DNA of 64,000 bases, taken from the NCBI RefSeq assembly GCF_009914755.1, contig NC_060940.1; one strand, 5' to 3'. The notes beneath the pieces were generated by a model. The model had not been told where the DNA came from. It saw only the letters and a list, made by a program, of their open reading frames with translations, and did no database searches. The position numbers and the translations under genes are program-made. Shown here piece by piece: positions 1 through 19,949 of the stretch. Source of the DNA: the human T2T-CHM13v2.0 reference genome, Homo sapiens. Within the stretch, counting starts at the first letter, position 1. Each line of letters starts with the position of its first letter.

Positions 1-19
1 GGTTTTAGGGTGCTATTTT

Positions 20-1022
20 GTTTAATTTTTATTTTTAGTTCCGGGGTCCATGTGCAGGATGTGCAGATTTGCTACATAGGTAAACGTGTGCCTTCGTAAC
101 TATTTTTCCTACTGCTCTCTCTCCCCCCGCCCCACCCACAACAGGCCCCAGTGTGTGTTGTTCCCCTCCATAAGTCCATGTGTTCTCATTATTCAGCTCC
201 TACTTATAAGTGAGAACATGCAGTGTTTGTTTTCTGGTCCTGTGTTAGTTTGCTGAGGATAATGGCTTACAGCTTCATCCATGACCCTGCAAAGAACATG
301 ATCTCATTCATTTTTATGGCTACATAGTATTCCATGGTGTATATGTACCGCGTTTTCTTTATCCAGTCTATTGTTGGTGGGCATTTGAGTTGATTCTATG
401 TCTTTGCTATTGTGAATAGTGCTGCAGTGAACATACGTATGCATGTGTCTTTGTAATAGAATGATTTATATTCCCTTGGATATATACCCAGTAATGAGAT
501 TGCTAGATCAAATGGTATTTCTGGTTCTAGATCTTTGAGGAATCACCACACTGTCTTCCATAATGGTTGAACTAATTTGTATGCCCACCAACAACATAAA
601 AGCATTCCTGTTTCTCCACAACCTCACCAGCATCTGTTTAATAACTGTCATTCTGACTGGCATGAGATGGTATCTCATTGTGGTTTTGATTTGCATTTCT
701 CTAATGATCGGTGATGTTGAGATTTTTTTCATATGTTTGTTGGCTTCGTGGATGTCTTCTTTTGAGAAGTGTCTGTTCATTGCCTTTGCTCACTTTTTAA
801 TGGGGTGGTTTGTTGTTGCTTTTTTCTAGTAAATTTGTTTGAGTTCCTTGTAGATTCTGGATATTAGACCTTTGCCAGATGGATAGATTAAAAAAATTTT
901 CTCCCACTCTCTAGGTTGCCTGTTCACTCTGATGATAGTTTATTTTTCTGTGCAGAAGCTCCTGAGTTTAGTTAGATCCCATTTGTCAATTTTTACTTTT
1001 GTTGCAATTGCTTTTGGCAATT
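20..1022 (-). mobile_element. L1 (older L1PA-type) 3' fragment: ORF2 C-terminus plus 3'UTR
   Basis: Reverse-strand L1 3'UTR. ORF 508..780 translates as [10 protein letters not shown]...[13 protein letters not shown] (L1 ORF2). Confidence 0.92.
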
Positions 1023-1029
1023 TTAAACA

Positions 1030-1250
1030 TGATGGTGAGAAGCTGCCATTTGAGCAGACAGCTGAAGGAACTCAAAAGTGAGCCATGTGTGGATATCTGG
1101 GGAAAGTGTTCCAGGCAGGAGGAAGAGTAAGTGCTAAGGCCCTGAGGCAGACAATTCCTGGCATACTACAGGAACAGAAGCAGGTCTGTTCATGGAACAG
1201 CATGAAGGATGGGAAACTGTGGGGGATGAGATCAGAAAAGCAGTCACGGG
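1030..1250 (-). mobile_element. L2 fragment
   Basis: CATTTGAGCAGA...GTGAGCCATGTG...GTTCCAGGCAG...AAGGCCCTGAGGCAG is typical of the L2 3' region. Confidence 0.75.
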
Positions 1251-1345
1251 CAGAGCCAAATTTACCATGAGGTTAATGAAGCTGTGACAATGTGCTCTGA
1301 AAGTCATAATCTGCTATAATCTGCAAAAGTAAGATATTTATTTTC

Positions 1346-1661
<316 letters not shown>

Positions 1662-2557
1662 TTAAAAAATGCTATTTCTTTCCACTCTGCCTTCCCCATC
1701 ATATTTCCCTCCATGCTGTGTCTTTAGAGAAGCTGCACGTATTTGGGAAACCAGGCTAAGAGGAAATTCTATTGGTGATATATCTGGTCTGGGTTCAGGG
1801 GTATATGATATATTTATGTGGATCATGGTCACTTCCATGACTAGCTGTCTTTCTGTAGGAGTAGCTCCCAGGATAACTTCTGTAGCTCAGCACCCAGAAT
1901 AGTGACCCAAAGATGCAGGGCCAGATGTCCAGTGGGGATAAAAATTCATTCTACAGAGCCCTGGGCTGGAATTCTGTGAGGAGTAGAGAGTGGAGAAGCA
2001 ACGTGGTATTAAATCCACAGAACCGGAAGTCATCTTTAGAAAATTTTCCCAACATCTGATGTGCAAACTCATAAGTAGAAGTTTCACTTCTCATTGAAAC
2101 TTAATCAAAATGGAAGTTCTCTCCCATTGGGAATATGCCCAAGACTGCTGAGACTACAATGATAAATGCACCTCTGTTGATGGAATCTCAAGAAATAGAG
2201 TTTATCAGGCAAAGGCACAAACCAGAGACAGTGCTACAAACAGCAAGTCTATCTGTATGCAAAGCCACCTACCATCAATAATAAAAAACAAATTTCAAAC
2301 AATCATCCTAGAGGAAAAACTGAATTATCTTGCTATTCTCTCTATTGAACATGATGTTATAATATCATTGTCCTATGGAGAGGCAATCAGACAAAGAATG
2401 TATGCAGACAAAGAATGTAGGGGGAATGTAACAGAGGGGGTTCTCAGGCAGTTCATTAATAAAAAACGTTGCATTCTTTTTCTGGATTTTGTGAGGTTTC
2501 TGGTATTTGTCAGCTTTTCAGCTTTGTAATGTGTGGCAAGTTCTTTCCTCATGCTAA

Positions 2558-2943
<386 letters not shown>

Positions 2944-3123
2944 TATTTATCTTAAAGAAGGCCCCCAAATTGTTTCAGCTTCAGGTCTCAGAAAGCCTGG
3001 GTCTTCCCTGAGTCAGAACCATTTTGAAGGCTTATGAAGCATGATGCCAGAAGCCCTGGGACAGTTCAGTGGTGATTCCTAGATCTGGGGATTTCATAGA
3101 CCAGTAACATTTCCAAAAAATAA

Positions 3124-3426
<303 letters not shown>

Positions 3427-3598
3427 TCCAAAAAAATTTGTTTTGAAGGGACCAATATTTGATTGCTAAATGTAAAAGTAAAAAGCCAGATAAATGAACA
3501 CTTAAACCAACCATGTCTATAGTGTTGATGGTTTTTTTTTTAAATAGTTCTTACATAGAAATATACTGAAATATTTACGGATAAAATTATACAATGTC

Positions 3599-3901
3599 GG
3601 AGCTAAGTACAGTGTCTCATGCCTGTAATACCAGCACTTTGGGAAGCCGAGATGGAAGGATCACTTGAGTCCAAGAGTTCTAGACTAGCTTGAGCAACAT
3701 AGCAAGACCCTATCTCTACAAAAAGCAAAAATAAATTTGAGCACGGTGACACATATCTGTAGTCCCAGCTACTCAGGAAGCTGAGGAGGGAGGATCACTT
3801 GGGGCCAAGAGTTAAGGCTGTAGTGAGCCATGATTACACTACTGCACTCCAGCCCAGGTGATAGAGCAAGGCCTTGTCCCTAAAAAAAATAAAATTAAAA
3901 A
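3599..3901 (+). mobile_element. AluJ inside an old L1M 3' fragment
   Basis: Diverged Alu dimer; L1M 3'UTR-like flanks ~3500-4080. Confidence 0.85.
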
Positions 3902-4357
3902 CTAATGTGTACACTTTGTTTTAAACTAATCTAACAGGGGAAGAGGGGATGGGAAGGAGGTTACATGAAACAAGATGTGTCATCTGTTGATAATTGTGGA
4001 TATTGTGTGCTAGGTTCGTGGGAGTTCATTACACTACTCTACTTTTGTAAATGTTACCTTTCATAATGAACGGTAAAAATTAGCCTGATCTAACATACCC
4101 ATAATTTCATAAAAGACACATGAGCACTCTAAACATCGGGAGGCCATAAAGTACCATCCATTATAGTGAATAAGTTTAACCTGGTGAAGCACTATAGTGT
4201 GCTTATTTTTGTTTTGCTATTTCACTGTCATTCCACAGAAATTCTGATCTGTTCAGGAATAATCTATGTGGGCATGGGGTCAAATAGTCAGCTTACTCTC
4301 AAATGATTCAGAAAAAAAAGTTATATGAATGGTACTTCCAATTCATTGTAAGTTTAT

Positions 4358-4358
<1 letters not shown>

Positions 4359-4400
<42 letters not shown>
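4359..4400. repeat. (TG)n microsatellite
   Basis: Perfect TG run. Confidence 0.97.
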
Positions 4401-4402
<2 letters not shown>

Positions 4403-4491
4403 CAGATCTGGGGTTGAATCTTGTGCTTTTCGTATATACATTCACATTACTGTGTATGTCACATAACCTGCCTGCATCCTCAGTTTCTTTA

Positions 4492-4829
<338 letters not shown>

Positions 4830-4900
4830 TATGTACTTCATACAGTTTAAGAATTAAGTAAAACAAGAACTCCTTTTGCACAATGTGTACATCCTATATA

Positions 4901-6280
<1,380 letters not shown>

Positions 6281-6303
6281 CTTAAGCTTAAAAAAAAAAA
6301 AAC

Positions 6304-6460
6304 GGCCTAGCATGGTGACTCACACCTGTAATCCCAGCACTTTGGGAGGCTGAAGTGGGAGAGTCCCTGGAGCCCAGGAATGAGGCTGCAGTGAGCTATG
6401 ATCATGCTACTGCACTTCAGCCTGGGCAACACAGAAAGACCCTGTCTCAAAAAAAAAAAA
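6304..6460 (+). mobile_element. Alu monomer (FRAM/FAM-like)
   Basis: Single-arm Alu with A-tail. Confidence 0.85.
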
Positions 6461-6562
6461 TGTGTGTAAAAAGAGCATTCATGGCACATGGTACAAAAAT
6501 AAATGGAAGTCATTATGATACTTACTCTTACTGCCATCATCTTAATAGCATTATCCTGTAGA

Positions 6563-6893
6563 CCTGTACTGTCCAATACAGGGGCCACCCAGCCAGATGT
6601 CACTATTCAGCATCTGAAATGCGGCCAGTCCAAATAAAGATGTGTTGTCAGGGAAAAACACATCCCCAGTATTGAATACTTGGATGAAAAAACGTAAAAT
6701 ATCACAGAAGCCATTTTTACATTGATTACATGTTTAACTGAAAATATTTTTGGTAGGTTGTGTTAACTACGATATTATTACAATTAATTTCACCTGTTTC
6801 TTTTTACTTTTTTTAATGTGCCTACTAGAAAATGCTAAATTGCCTGTGAGGCTCACTATGTGGCTTGTACTATATTTCTATTAGAGAGTACTG
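6563..6893. mobile_element. MER33-like hAT-Charlie DNA transposon
   Basis: CTGTACTGTCCAATA...TATTAGAGAGTACTG inverted termini; ~330 bp. Confidence 0.8.
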
Positions 6894-7040
6894 CCTTATT
6901 CCATCACGTACTGGAACTCATACATGAGAGACACTTCATCTATATTTGTTAAGGCAGTGAGTGAATAAATATCCTGTAACAATCTTACAGTGTTTGATAA
7001 GAACACAGAGGAGAAAATTTAGTGCTGTTCAGATTGCTTC

Positions 7041-7506
<466 letters not shown>

Positions 7507-7778
7507 TGAAGCTTACGTGTTCACTTCTTTCACACTGGATTGCTTGGAGTTGTTGAAACACAGCTGCCAGTAGAAAATGCTCACCTTCCTCTAGAGGTTT
7601 GTGAAAGCAGAAAGCACTTGCAGAATCCCATCCAGAAAAATATTTTATTGTTCAGTTCAGAAAATGAATCCATCTTATAAAACTCACAGTCATCACACAC
7701 ATTACAGCACTGCAGAGTCACATGGTGTAGAAGAAAGAATACCAGCTTTGGAGTCAGATCTGAATTCAAATTTGGGCT

Positions 7779-8530
7779 CTGTATTAGTTTGCTAGGGCTG
7801 CTGGAACAAAGTACCACAAATTCAGTGGCTTAGACAACAAAAATATATTGTCTCCCAGTACTGGAGGTTAGAAGCTCAGAATCACTGGGTACAGTGGCTC
7901 ACACTTATAATCCCAACAGTTTGGGAGGACCAGGCAGGAGGCCCACCCAAGGCCAAGAGTTCAAGATCAGCCTAGGCAACATAGCAAGACCTCATATCTA
8001 CAAAAAAAGATTTTTTTTTAATTAGCCAGGCATGATGGTGTGCACCTGCAGTCCCAGCTACTTGAGAGGTTGAGGTGAAAGGATCACTTGAACTCAAGAG
8101 TTTGAGATTACCATGAGCTATGATCACACCACTACACCCCAGCCTGGGTGACAGAGAGAGGCCCTATCTCTAAAAAAAATTTAAATAAAATTTAAAACTT
8201 AAAAAGAAGTTCAAAATCAAGATGTTGGTGCGTTGGTTCCTTCTGAGGGCTATGAGGGAAGATTCTGTTCTAGGCCTTTCTCCTTAGCTCACCAATGACC
8301 ATCTTCTTCCTGTGTCTCTCCACATCATCTTCCCCCATGCATGTCTGTTTCCAAATTTCCCCTCTTTATGAAGACACCAGTAACATTAGATTAGAACTCA
8401 CATTTAATGACTTCATTTTAACTTGATTACGTCTGTAAAGACCCTGTCTCCACATAAGGTCACACTCTGAGGTCCTGGGGGTTAGAACTTCAACACATGA
8501 ATTGGGAAACACCATTCAGCCTATAGTAGT
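7779..8530 (-). mobile_element. MLT1 (MaLR) LTR inserted in a MIR, containing an AluJ (7886-8190)
   Basis: TGTATTAGTTTGCTAGGGCTG start; AAGGTCACACTCTGAGG near the end; MIR halves flank it. Confidence 0.85.
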
Positions 8531-8728
8531 CTCCATCCTTACCAGCTGGGTGACCTTCACTAAATTTCTCTGAGCCTCAGTTTCTTCGTCTGTAGAATGA
8601 GGATAATAATAGCTTCCTGCTAAACTTGCATTGATAATGGGAGATTATATATGTAAAGCGGATAACCCTAGGACTGCTGGTGTCATCTTCACCACCACTT
8701 GGAGACTTCCTGTTTGAAAATGAAGCCA

Positions 8729-9118
<390 letters not shown>

Positions 9119-9564
9119 CTATTATACCCATTTCACAGATATAGGAGCAGCCTAGATTACTTAGTAGAAAAGCAAGGATTTTATATCATCATACCTTTCT
9201 GACTACAAAGAGCATCTTGCCCCATTATTAAACCCTGCTGATCTCAGGGCATGGTGGCAGCTTCCTGAAACAGAGGCTTTGTTGTGAGTATCCAAAGCAT
9301 TCTGAAAACACCCTGAAAGATACAAAATGCTCTACAAATGCAAGACACCGTATAAAACCAAAAATGGACTTCTCAGATCATTATGTAGCACCCCTATTGG
9401 AACTGGTGACCCTTAAATTCTCTCACAGGCCTGAAATTCTATTATTCTATAGGCATAAAGTATATAACTCTAAAGAAAAATCCTGTAACCTATTAAATCC
9501 TGCTTCTCCCAGGATACTTTCACTTGTAAGCAACAATGATTTCAACAATAGAAGCAATTTATCA

Positions 9565-9908
<344 letters not shown>

Positions 9909-10539
9909 AAGTAAATTGCCACCAAGATCCAGTTTCCTTCTGTCTCTCAGTTCTGCTTTCTACAGTTCAATTTCATCCTAAGACTAGCTTTCCTTGTCTG
10001 TTTGCAGGCTGCAAACCTGCCTCTTCATACACAACCAACATTTTTTAAAAAGTCTTTTCCCAGAATCCCCTGAAAGCACGCTGAGATTCATTCTGATTGG
10101 ACAGTGTTAGGTAACATGCTCACCTCTGTACCAATCACTATGAAATGAAAATCAGGATGAAATGTAGTGGTTGGCTTAGTGGGTCATGTACTATACCAGG
10201 GGAACCTAGCAAGGAGCCTTTGACCTCAAAATTGCCAAGTAGAAATTAGGGGCTGTTAGAAAGAGGGAAGGAAAAGATGCTCGAAAAGCATTCAACATGT
10301 GTCTACTGTGTCTCTTTGTGTCCCTATGTGTCCACTATGAAGCCTTTAGGTTTTAGCCCTTCCTATCCCACATATCTGATTTGCAACTGGTTTGGAGCTT
10401 CCAGAACACCCTGATCCAGCCCCTAATTAGCTCGACTGCACCATATTTTACCATCTAGATTTTTGTTCACTGAGCATATCAATCCTCCACTTACTCATTT
10501 ATGATTCAAATTAGTAAGACGCTTTCAATAGCTTAAATC

Positions 10540-10900
10540 TCTCCACTGAACAAGCTTGTCTGTTATCTGGAAATACATGGTCACATGAACTTATTCAAAA
10601 CACAACATTTTCTCATTATAATGAGACATGATTATTAATGGCAGAGTGCCCATCAGAAATGAAACTAATCCTTCATTTTGTTCAAAATAAATGTGCTCAA
10701 AAAGGTACAGAGATGGTAAAATTAATTTCAGAGTAATCAATTCCTGCATTCTAAATGAACATAATTACGTAATCATTAAATTATTTAATGGGCTTCATTA
10801 AGCTTATTTCTGGCTTGGGTGTCACATTTTTTATCCCAATTAGCTCAAGTGCTAAAATTAATTCTTTATTACTGGTAAGAGCACTAATCCAAGTCAGGAT
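10540..10900. promoter_or_regulatory. Candidate conserved non-coding element / enhancer
   Basis: Repeat-free AT-rich island with dense TAAT/ATTA, two TAATCC sites and the ATTACGTAAT palindrome. Function is inferred. Confidence 0.45.
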
Positions 10901-11368
10901 GAACATAGCTGGGGTCTGCTCAGCTCAACCTGGAGACCAAGATAGGTCACCCTTACCCTAACAATGGGGTTCACAGTGTCAGTACAAATATAGCCAACCA
11001 AGGTTCAAAGAAATAGCACAGGCAGGTCCATGGCAAATGTCTGATCTGTTTCCAATCAAACAGGACACTGTTGGATTCAACTGGGTGTCCCATAGAAAGC
11101 CTATTAAAAAAAAAAGACTCTCCCAGAGGAAACCTACATGGAAGCCACATCAGTGCTGTCACCAAGAATGGGCCTAAGCATTATTTAGAACAGGAGAAAT
11201 CTGGGTGTCTCACAAACCTGTGTTCAAATCTCAGTTTTGCTAGTAGTAAACTATGGGATCCAAAGCAATTTATGCAACCTCTCTGAGCCTCTGTTTCCTC
11301 ATCTGTAAATGGGGATGATGAAGTAAGTAATTATTTCTGAGTTGTTTGCAAGGATTAGCAATAATGTG

Positions 11369-12800
11369 AGACCAATGGAATAGAATAGAGAACCCAGAAA
11401 TAAGGCCACACACATACAACCGTCTGATCTTTGACAAAGCTCACCAAAGAATGCAATGGGGAAAGGACTCCCTATTCAATAAATGGTGCTGGGATAACTG
11501 GCTAGCCATATGCAGAAGACAGACACTGCACCCCTTCCTGACATCAGATACAAAAATTAACTCAAGATGGATTAAAGACTTAAATAGTCTTATAGTTTTA
11601 AGACTATTTAAAACTATTAAAGATTTAAATAGTTTTATAGTTTTAGTAAAAGCTAAAACTATAAAGCCCTGGAAGACAAAACCATTCTGGACATAGGAAA
11701 TGGCAAAGATTTAATGGTAAAGATTTAATGATAAAGACACCAAAAGCAATCGCAAAAAAGCAAAATTTGACCAATGGGATCTAATTAAACTTAAGAGCTT
11801 CTGCACAGCAAAAGAAACTATCAACAGAGTAAACAGACAATTTAGAGAATGAGAGAAAAATTTTGCAAACTATGCATCTGACAAAGGTCTGATATCCAGC
11901 ATCTATAAGAAACTTAAACAAATTTACAGGAGGAAAACAAACAACCCCATTAAAAATGGGCAAAGGACATAAACAGACACTTCTCAAAAAGAGACATACA
12001 TGCAGCCAACAAGCGTATTAAGAAAAGCTCAATATCACTGATTATTAGAGAAATGCAAATGAAAACCACAGTGAGATACCATCTCACACCAGTCAGAATG
12101 GCTATTACTAAAAAGCCAAAAAATAGATACTGGTGAGGTTGCAGAGAAAAGGGAATGCTTCTACACTGTTGATGGCAGTGTAAATTCATTCAACCATTGT
12201 GGAAAGTAGTGTGGTGGTCCTTCAAAAAGCTGAAAACAGAACCACCATTCAACCCAGCATACCCTTTGGGTATATACCCAAAGGAATATAAGGCATTCTG
12301 CCATAAAGACACATGCACACAAATGTTCATTGGAGCAGTATTCACAATAGCATACGCATGGAATCAACCTAAATGCCCATCAATGGAAGATCACATAAGG
12401 AAAATGTGGTACAGCTATGAGTATTCACTGGAATACTATGCGGCCATAAAAAATGAGATTATGTCCTTTGCAGGAACATGAATGGAGCTGGAGGCCATTA
12501 TCCTTAGCAAACTAATGCATGAACAGAAAACCAAATACTGCATGTTCTCACTTGTAAGTGGGAGCTAAATGATGAGAACACATGGACACAAAGAAGGGAA
12601 CAACAGATAGTGGAGCCTACTTGAGGGTGGAGAGTGGGAGGAGAGAAAGGATCAGAAAAAATAACTATTGGGTATTAGGCTTAGTACCTGGGTGACAAAA
12701 TAATCTGTGCAACAAAGCCCTGTGACACAAGTTGACTATAGAACAAACCTGCACATGTGCCCCTGAACCTAAAATAAAAGTTTAAAAAATAAAAAAGCTT
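11369..12800 (+). mobile_element. 5'-truncated L1 (old L1PA/L1PB) inserted in a MIR
   Basis: ORF2 remnants ([15 protein letters not shown]); 3'UTR with A-tail; 19-bp TSD AAGGATTAGCAATAATGTG at 11350-11368 and 12805-12823. Confidence 0.93.
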
Positions 12801-13062
12801 TTGAAAGGATTAGCAATAATGTGTAGGGTGTCTGGCATATAGTAGTCACTCAATAAGTGATAGTTGTTATTATTCTTGTAATCACTATCAGACATCCACA
12901 GATTTAATCTTCACAGATGCTAAGATTAAGACACAGACTAACCTTTTTCAGTATGAATGTTAGTGATAAACACCATAAATAGCAAGGGAGTCTAAGTGGC
13001 AGTGTTGTAAAAGAAGAGATATTCTCCCCGCAAAAAAAGAAATTCTCTTAAAAAGACATTAT

Positions 13063-13385
<323 letters not shown>

Positions 13386-13454
13386 TTATATAACAGAGAT
13401 TTTATAACTTCAAAAGGAGAGAAACTGTAGAGCTTGAACATGGGGTGTACAACA

Positions 13455-14550
<1,096 letters not shown>

Positions 14551-15347
14551 AAGAATGTGGGGTCTAGAGGCAAACTGCCTGTATTCAAATAAAACAACCA
14601 ATTTCTAGCCACGCGACTTGGGACAAGAAAATTTCTCAAAGCCTTGATTATCTCATCTAAAATTGAGAATGATAATAGAACTGAGTTGTGATTATTAAAT
14701 TATATAATATATAGAAGAGCAATTTACAGTAAACAATACATGTTCTCCATTACAATTACTGTTAATTACTAATAGCATTAGTAACAAAATGCAGGACACT
14801 ATCAGATATGTTTCCTAGACTTTAAGAAAATAGAGATTTTAAAATTCAGACAGAAAGATATATTTGATTCATTAATGTAAGCCCTAAAACAAGCTTTTTC
14901 ATTCATTGAACAAACATTTTTTGGCACCCATTATGTGTCAGACACGGAATTTACATGTGTCACAGGAGAAATATTGCAGAATTTTTCAAGCTTATTACAC
15001 TAAATGGCCTTTTATACCAACCAAGTTAGAAAATGTTTCCTAACATGCTCTCAGGAAGTGGTGACAGAAAAAGGTCATGGGGACACCTTCTGGGTGAGAA
15101 GCTACCTTCCCTATTCATACATCAGATCAGCCCCCGGCTCACAGTTAGAAATGCAAATGCGGGGCTCAGTGTCACAGCCAGCATGGCCTTTCAGTAACTT
15201 GACATAGCCACACCAGGGACCAAGCACCTCTGTGTTCCAGAACAGGTTTTGTTTGTCTTTCCATATTACATCCATTATGGATGTCTAACATTGAAGGGAT
15301 CCTTCAAAATTAAAATCGCACATAGAAGCTTAAAAAGCAGTAGTTGA

Positions 15348-15710
<363 letters not shown>

Positions 15711-16562
15711 CTTTTTTTAATGTTTTAAGAGCCGGAGCTGCTGTTGGAACTCAAATGAGATTCCCTGAATTAAATCAGATGTAGATCTTAGATGGCCTGG
15801 TCCATCCTCATTCATCCTCATACTTGGGAGAAGAGCAAGGGCGAGACAGACCTTACCTCACACAGGCTAACCCCTCCACTAACGCCTCTGAGTTCTGAAA
15901 GAAAGCCCTTGGCCTGGGTTGCCAACAGTCACAGCTACCAACATTAATTAAACAAACATTCTTTAGCAAAGCAGGCACTAAGCACTTCATCCAATGCATT
16001 CTGGGTCTTGATGAAGTCCCAGCTTTCTGACCTTTCAGGTGCTCTAATCTTTCCCTGTATGAAAGTTTATTCAAAGCAGATTAGAGCAAGATTTTACAAA
16101 TTGTTGGTTAGAATCATTATGATCAGAAACCTCTTAGACCAGTGGCTGGACACAAGACTGATGAGGGATCCAGTTCCGGTTCAGGTGCCATCCCTAAAGG
16201 CGCAAGCTACAAACCTCGCCAAGTTCATGCAAAAGAGAGGAATGACTCTGAGCTACATATTTTAGCCCAAACTGCATATCTGAAGCTCAGATTGAACATT
16301 CAGCAAACTACTTAACAGTCACTAGATTTGCCAATAAAAATCCATTTTTGATACCATGTGCTAATTAGCAAATCTTTTACTGGTGATCTAGAAAAGCCAA
16401 AAGAAATATTGCAGCAGCCACCTCTGTCTGGAGTCTGGTTCCATGTGATAGAGTGGTAGCCATTCACTGCAGAGTGTACATGCTGCTCGTGTGTCACCTG
16501 ACCACCAAGTACACTAACTGACACATGCCTTCTCTCCCACTAATCATGCTAAGGTATTGTGA

Positions 16563-16853
16563 GGCCCAGCGCAGTGGCTCATGCCTGTAATCCCATCACT
16601 GTGGGAGCCCGAGGCAGGCGGATCACTTGAGGCCAGGAGATCGAGACCATCCTGGCCAACAAGGTGAAACCCCAACTCTACTAAAAATACAAAAATTAGC
16701 CAGGCGTGGTGGCATGTGCCTGTAGTCCCAGCTACTCAGGAGACTGAGGCAGGAGAATCACCTGAGCCCAGGAGGTGGAGGTTGCAGTAAGCCAAGATCA
16801 CGCCACTGCACTACAGTCTGAGCGACAGAGCGAGACTGTCTCAAAAAAAAAAA
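16563..16853 (+). mobile_element. AluS
   Basis: Alu dimer; no TSD seen. Confidence 0.92.
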
Positions 16854-16864
16854 GAGAGAACAAA

Positions 16865-17025
16865 TGAACGCCCTCCCTCAAGCCCTTTTTAAGGGTCCTA
16901 ATTCCATGCATGAGGGAATCACCCTCAATGACATCATCACCTCCGAAAGGCCTCACCACTTAATACTATCACAGTGGCAATTGTTTCAAGGCATGAATTT
17001 GGGGTGACACATTCAGACCTTAGCA
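16865..17025 (-). mobile_element. MST/MLT (MaLR) LTR fragment
   Basis: CATGAGGG..CCCTCAATGAC..CACC..GAATTTGGGG.GACACATTCAGACC.TAGCA. Confidence 0.7.
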
Positions 17026-17096
17026 CTGGATCACTCAGAATTAGAATACTGTGGTTTTTTCTCCTTTTCCATTTTTGTATGTAAATACTCTGGCTA

Positions 17097-17410
<314 letters not shown>

Positions 17411-17541
17411 CTGGCTTATTTTAGACCTGTTCTTATTTGTGCATTTTTTGGTTTTCAGTAAAAAAAAAAAAAATCTCCATTGGAGATACTGGCATGTGCC
17501 TTTAATTTAAAAATTACATAGATTGCCACTTTTCAAAGTAT

Positions 17542-17916
<375 letters not shown>

Positions 17917-18285
17917 TCACTTAACAATTAGCAAATTTTTAATGATGCTGTTAGTATAGATTTGGTGAGACCAAGACTCCAACAGAGCTTAATATAAAGC
18001 AATATAAATTTTTTGGAAGGTACTTTAGAAATACTTATCAACAGCCTTTGGCAAAAAAAGTTTATATCCTTTGATTCAGTAAATTCACACCTTTGAATCT
18101 ATCTCAGAAAACGTTTAGAAATGTAAGTAAAGATTGGTCTATGGACATGTTCATCACATTCATTGATAATCATAACAAATTAGAAATATTTCAAATATCC
18201 AGTAATAGGGAATTTGGTAAAAAAAAAAAAAATACATGGCACATAATAGAGTCATGTGCACTCATTAAAATCATGTGATTTTTTT

Positions 18286-18912
<627 letters not shown>

Positions 18913-19540
18913 AAAAACATCCTGTTTTTTAAAAAATTTATGACACAAGAAAAATGGTCATGAGATTTTTATATGAAAAAATCAACACATAAAACTACAA
19001 ACATGGCATGATTCCCATTTTGTACTAATAATTTGCATATACATTGTTTACATAATTTTTTTGAATATCGATAGAAAATATACCAAAACATTAACAGTGA
19101 CCAATCTGGAATTATTGGTGAACTCTATTTTCTTCTTATGCTACTCTGTATTTTCCAAATTGTCTCCCATGGCCATGCATTCTATCATTTTATATATATT
19201 ATGTTTGTACGTGTGTACGCATGTGTATGTATCCTATCATCCTTAAATGTTCATCTCCTTTGATGAAATAATTCTAGGTCAAAAAACGCATCCTAAAAAA
19301 AATAAATAAGAGATACAGACAAAACTTTATGCTTCCCAAAACCTTATATTGTGTTATTATGAACAAATAATATTGTGCTGTGGATAAATTGCACAGACAT
19401 TTTTACTAATAGAGGACTCTGGTTAAATAGAAAACCAGATGATAGAGAATAAGTGATTTCTTCATGAGACTACTGAATTTGCTGAAACATATAAAAATTA
19501 CACACCTTAGAACTCACTGAGGCCCCAGAGATCATCTACT

Positions 19541-19728
19541 CCAGTGGTTTCAAATATTTTTTAACCACAGAATCCTTCCTTTAAATGAAATCTTAGGAGA
19601 ATCTTCAGTACATAAAACTGACATCACAGTGGCTGCTCTGATTGAAGTGAGAGAGGCAGATCTGGGACTCCACCCATTAGATCTCTGCTCCAAGGAACCA
19701 AGGAGATCTGTGGAATACTGTTGAAAAC
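19541..19728. mobile_element. hAT-Charlie-type MITE relic
   Basis: CAGTGGTTTTCAAA...TTGAAAAC inverted termini. Confidence 0.55.
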
Positions 19729-19729
19729 T

Positions 19730-19949
19730 TTCAAAGACTGGGCAACATAGTGAGATCTCTTCTCTGCAAACAAAAAATGAAAATTAGCTTGGCACAATGG
19801 CTTGTGCCTGTAGTCTCAGCTGCCAGAGAGGCTGAGCCAGAAGGATCACCTGAGCCCAGAAGTTCAAGGCTGCAGTGCGCTGTGATTGCACCACTGCACT
19901 CCAGCCTGGGTGACAAAGTGAGATCCTGTCTCAAAAAGAAAAAAGAAAA
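19730..19949 (+). mobile_element. 5'-truncated AluJ
   Basis: Partial left arm plus right arm and A-tail. Confidence 0.85.

Noticed and set aside
15151-15158. Octamer ATGCAAAT
   Set aside because: A single 8-mer is expected by chance in 64 kb; no supporting composite motif.
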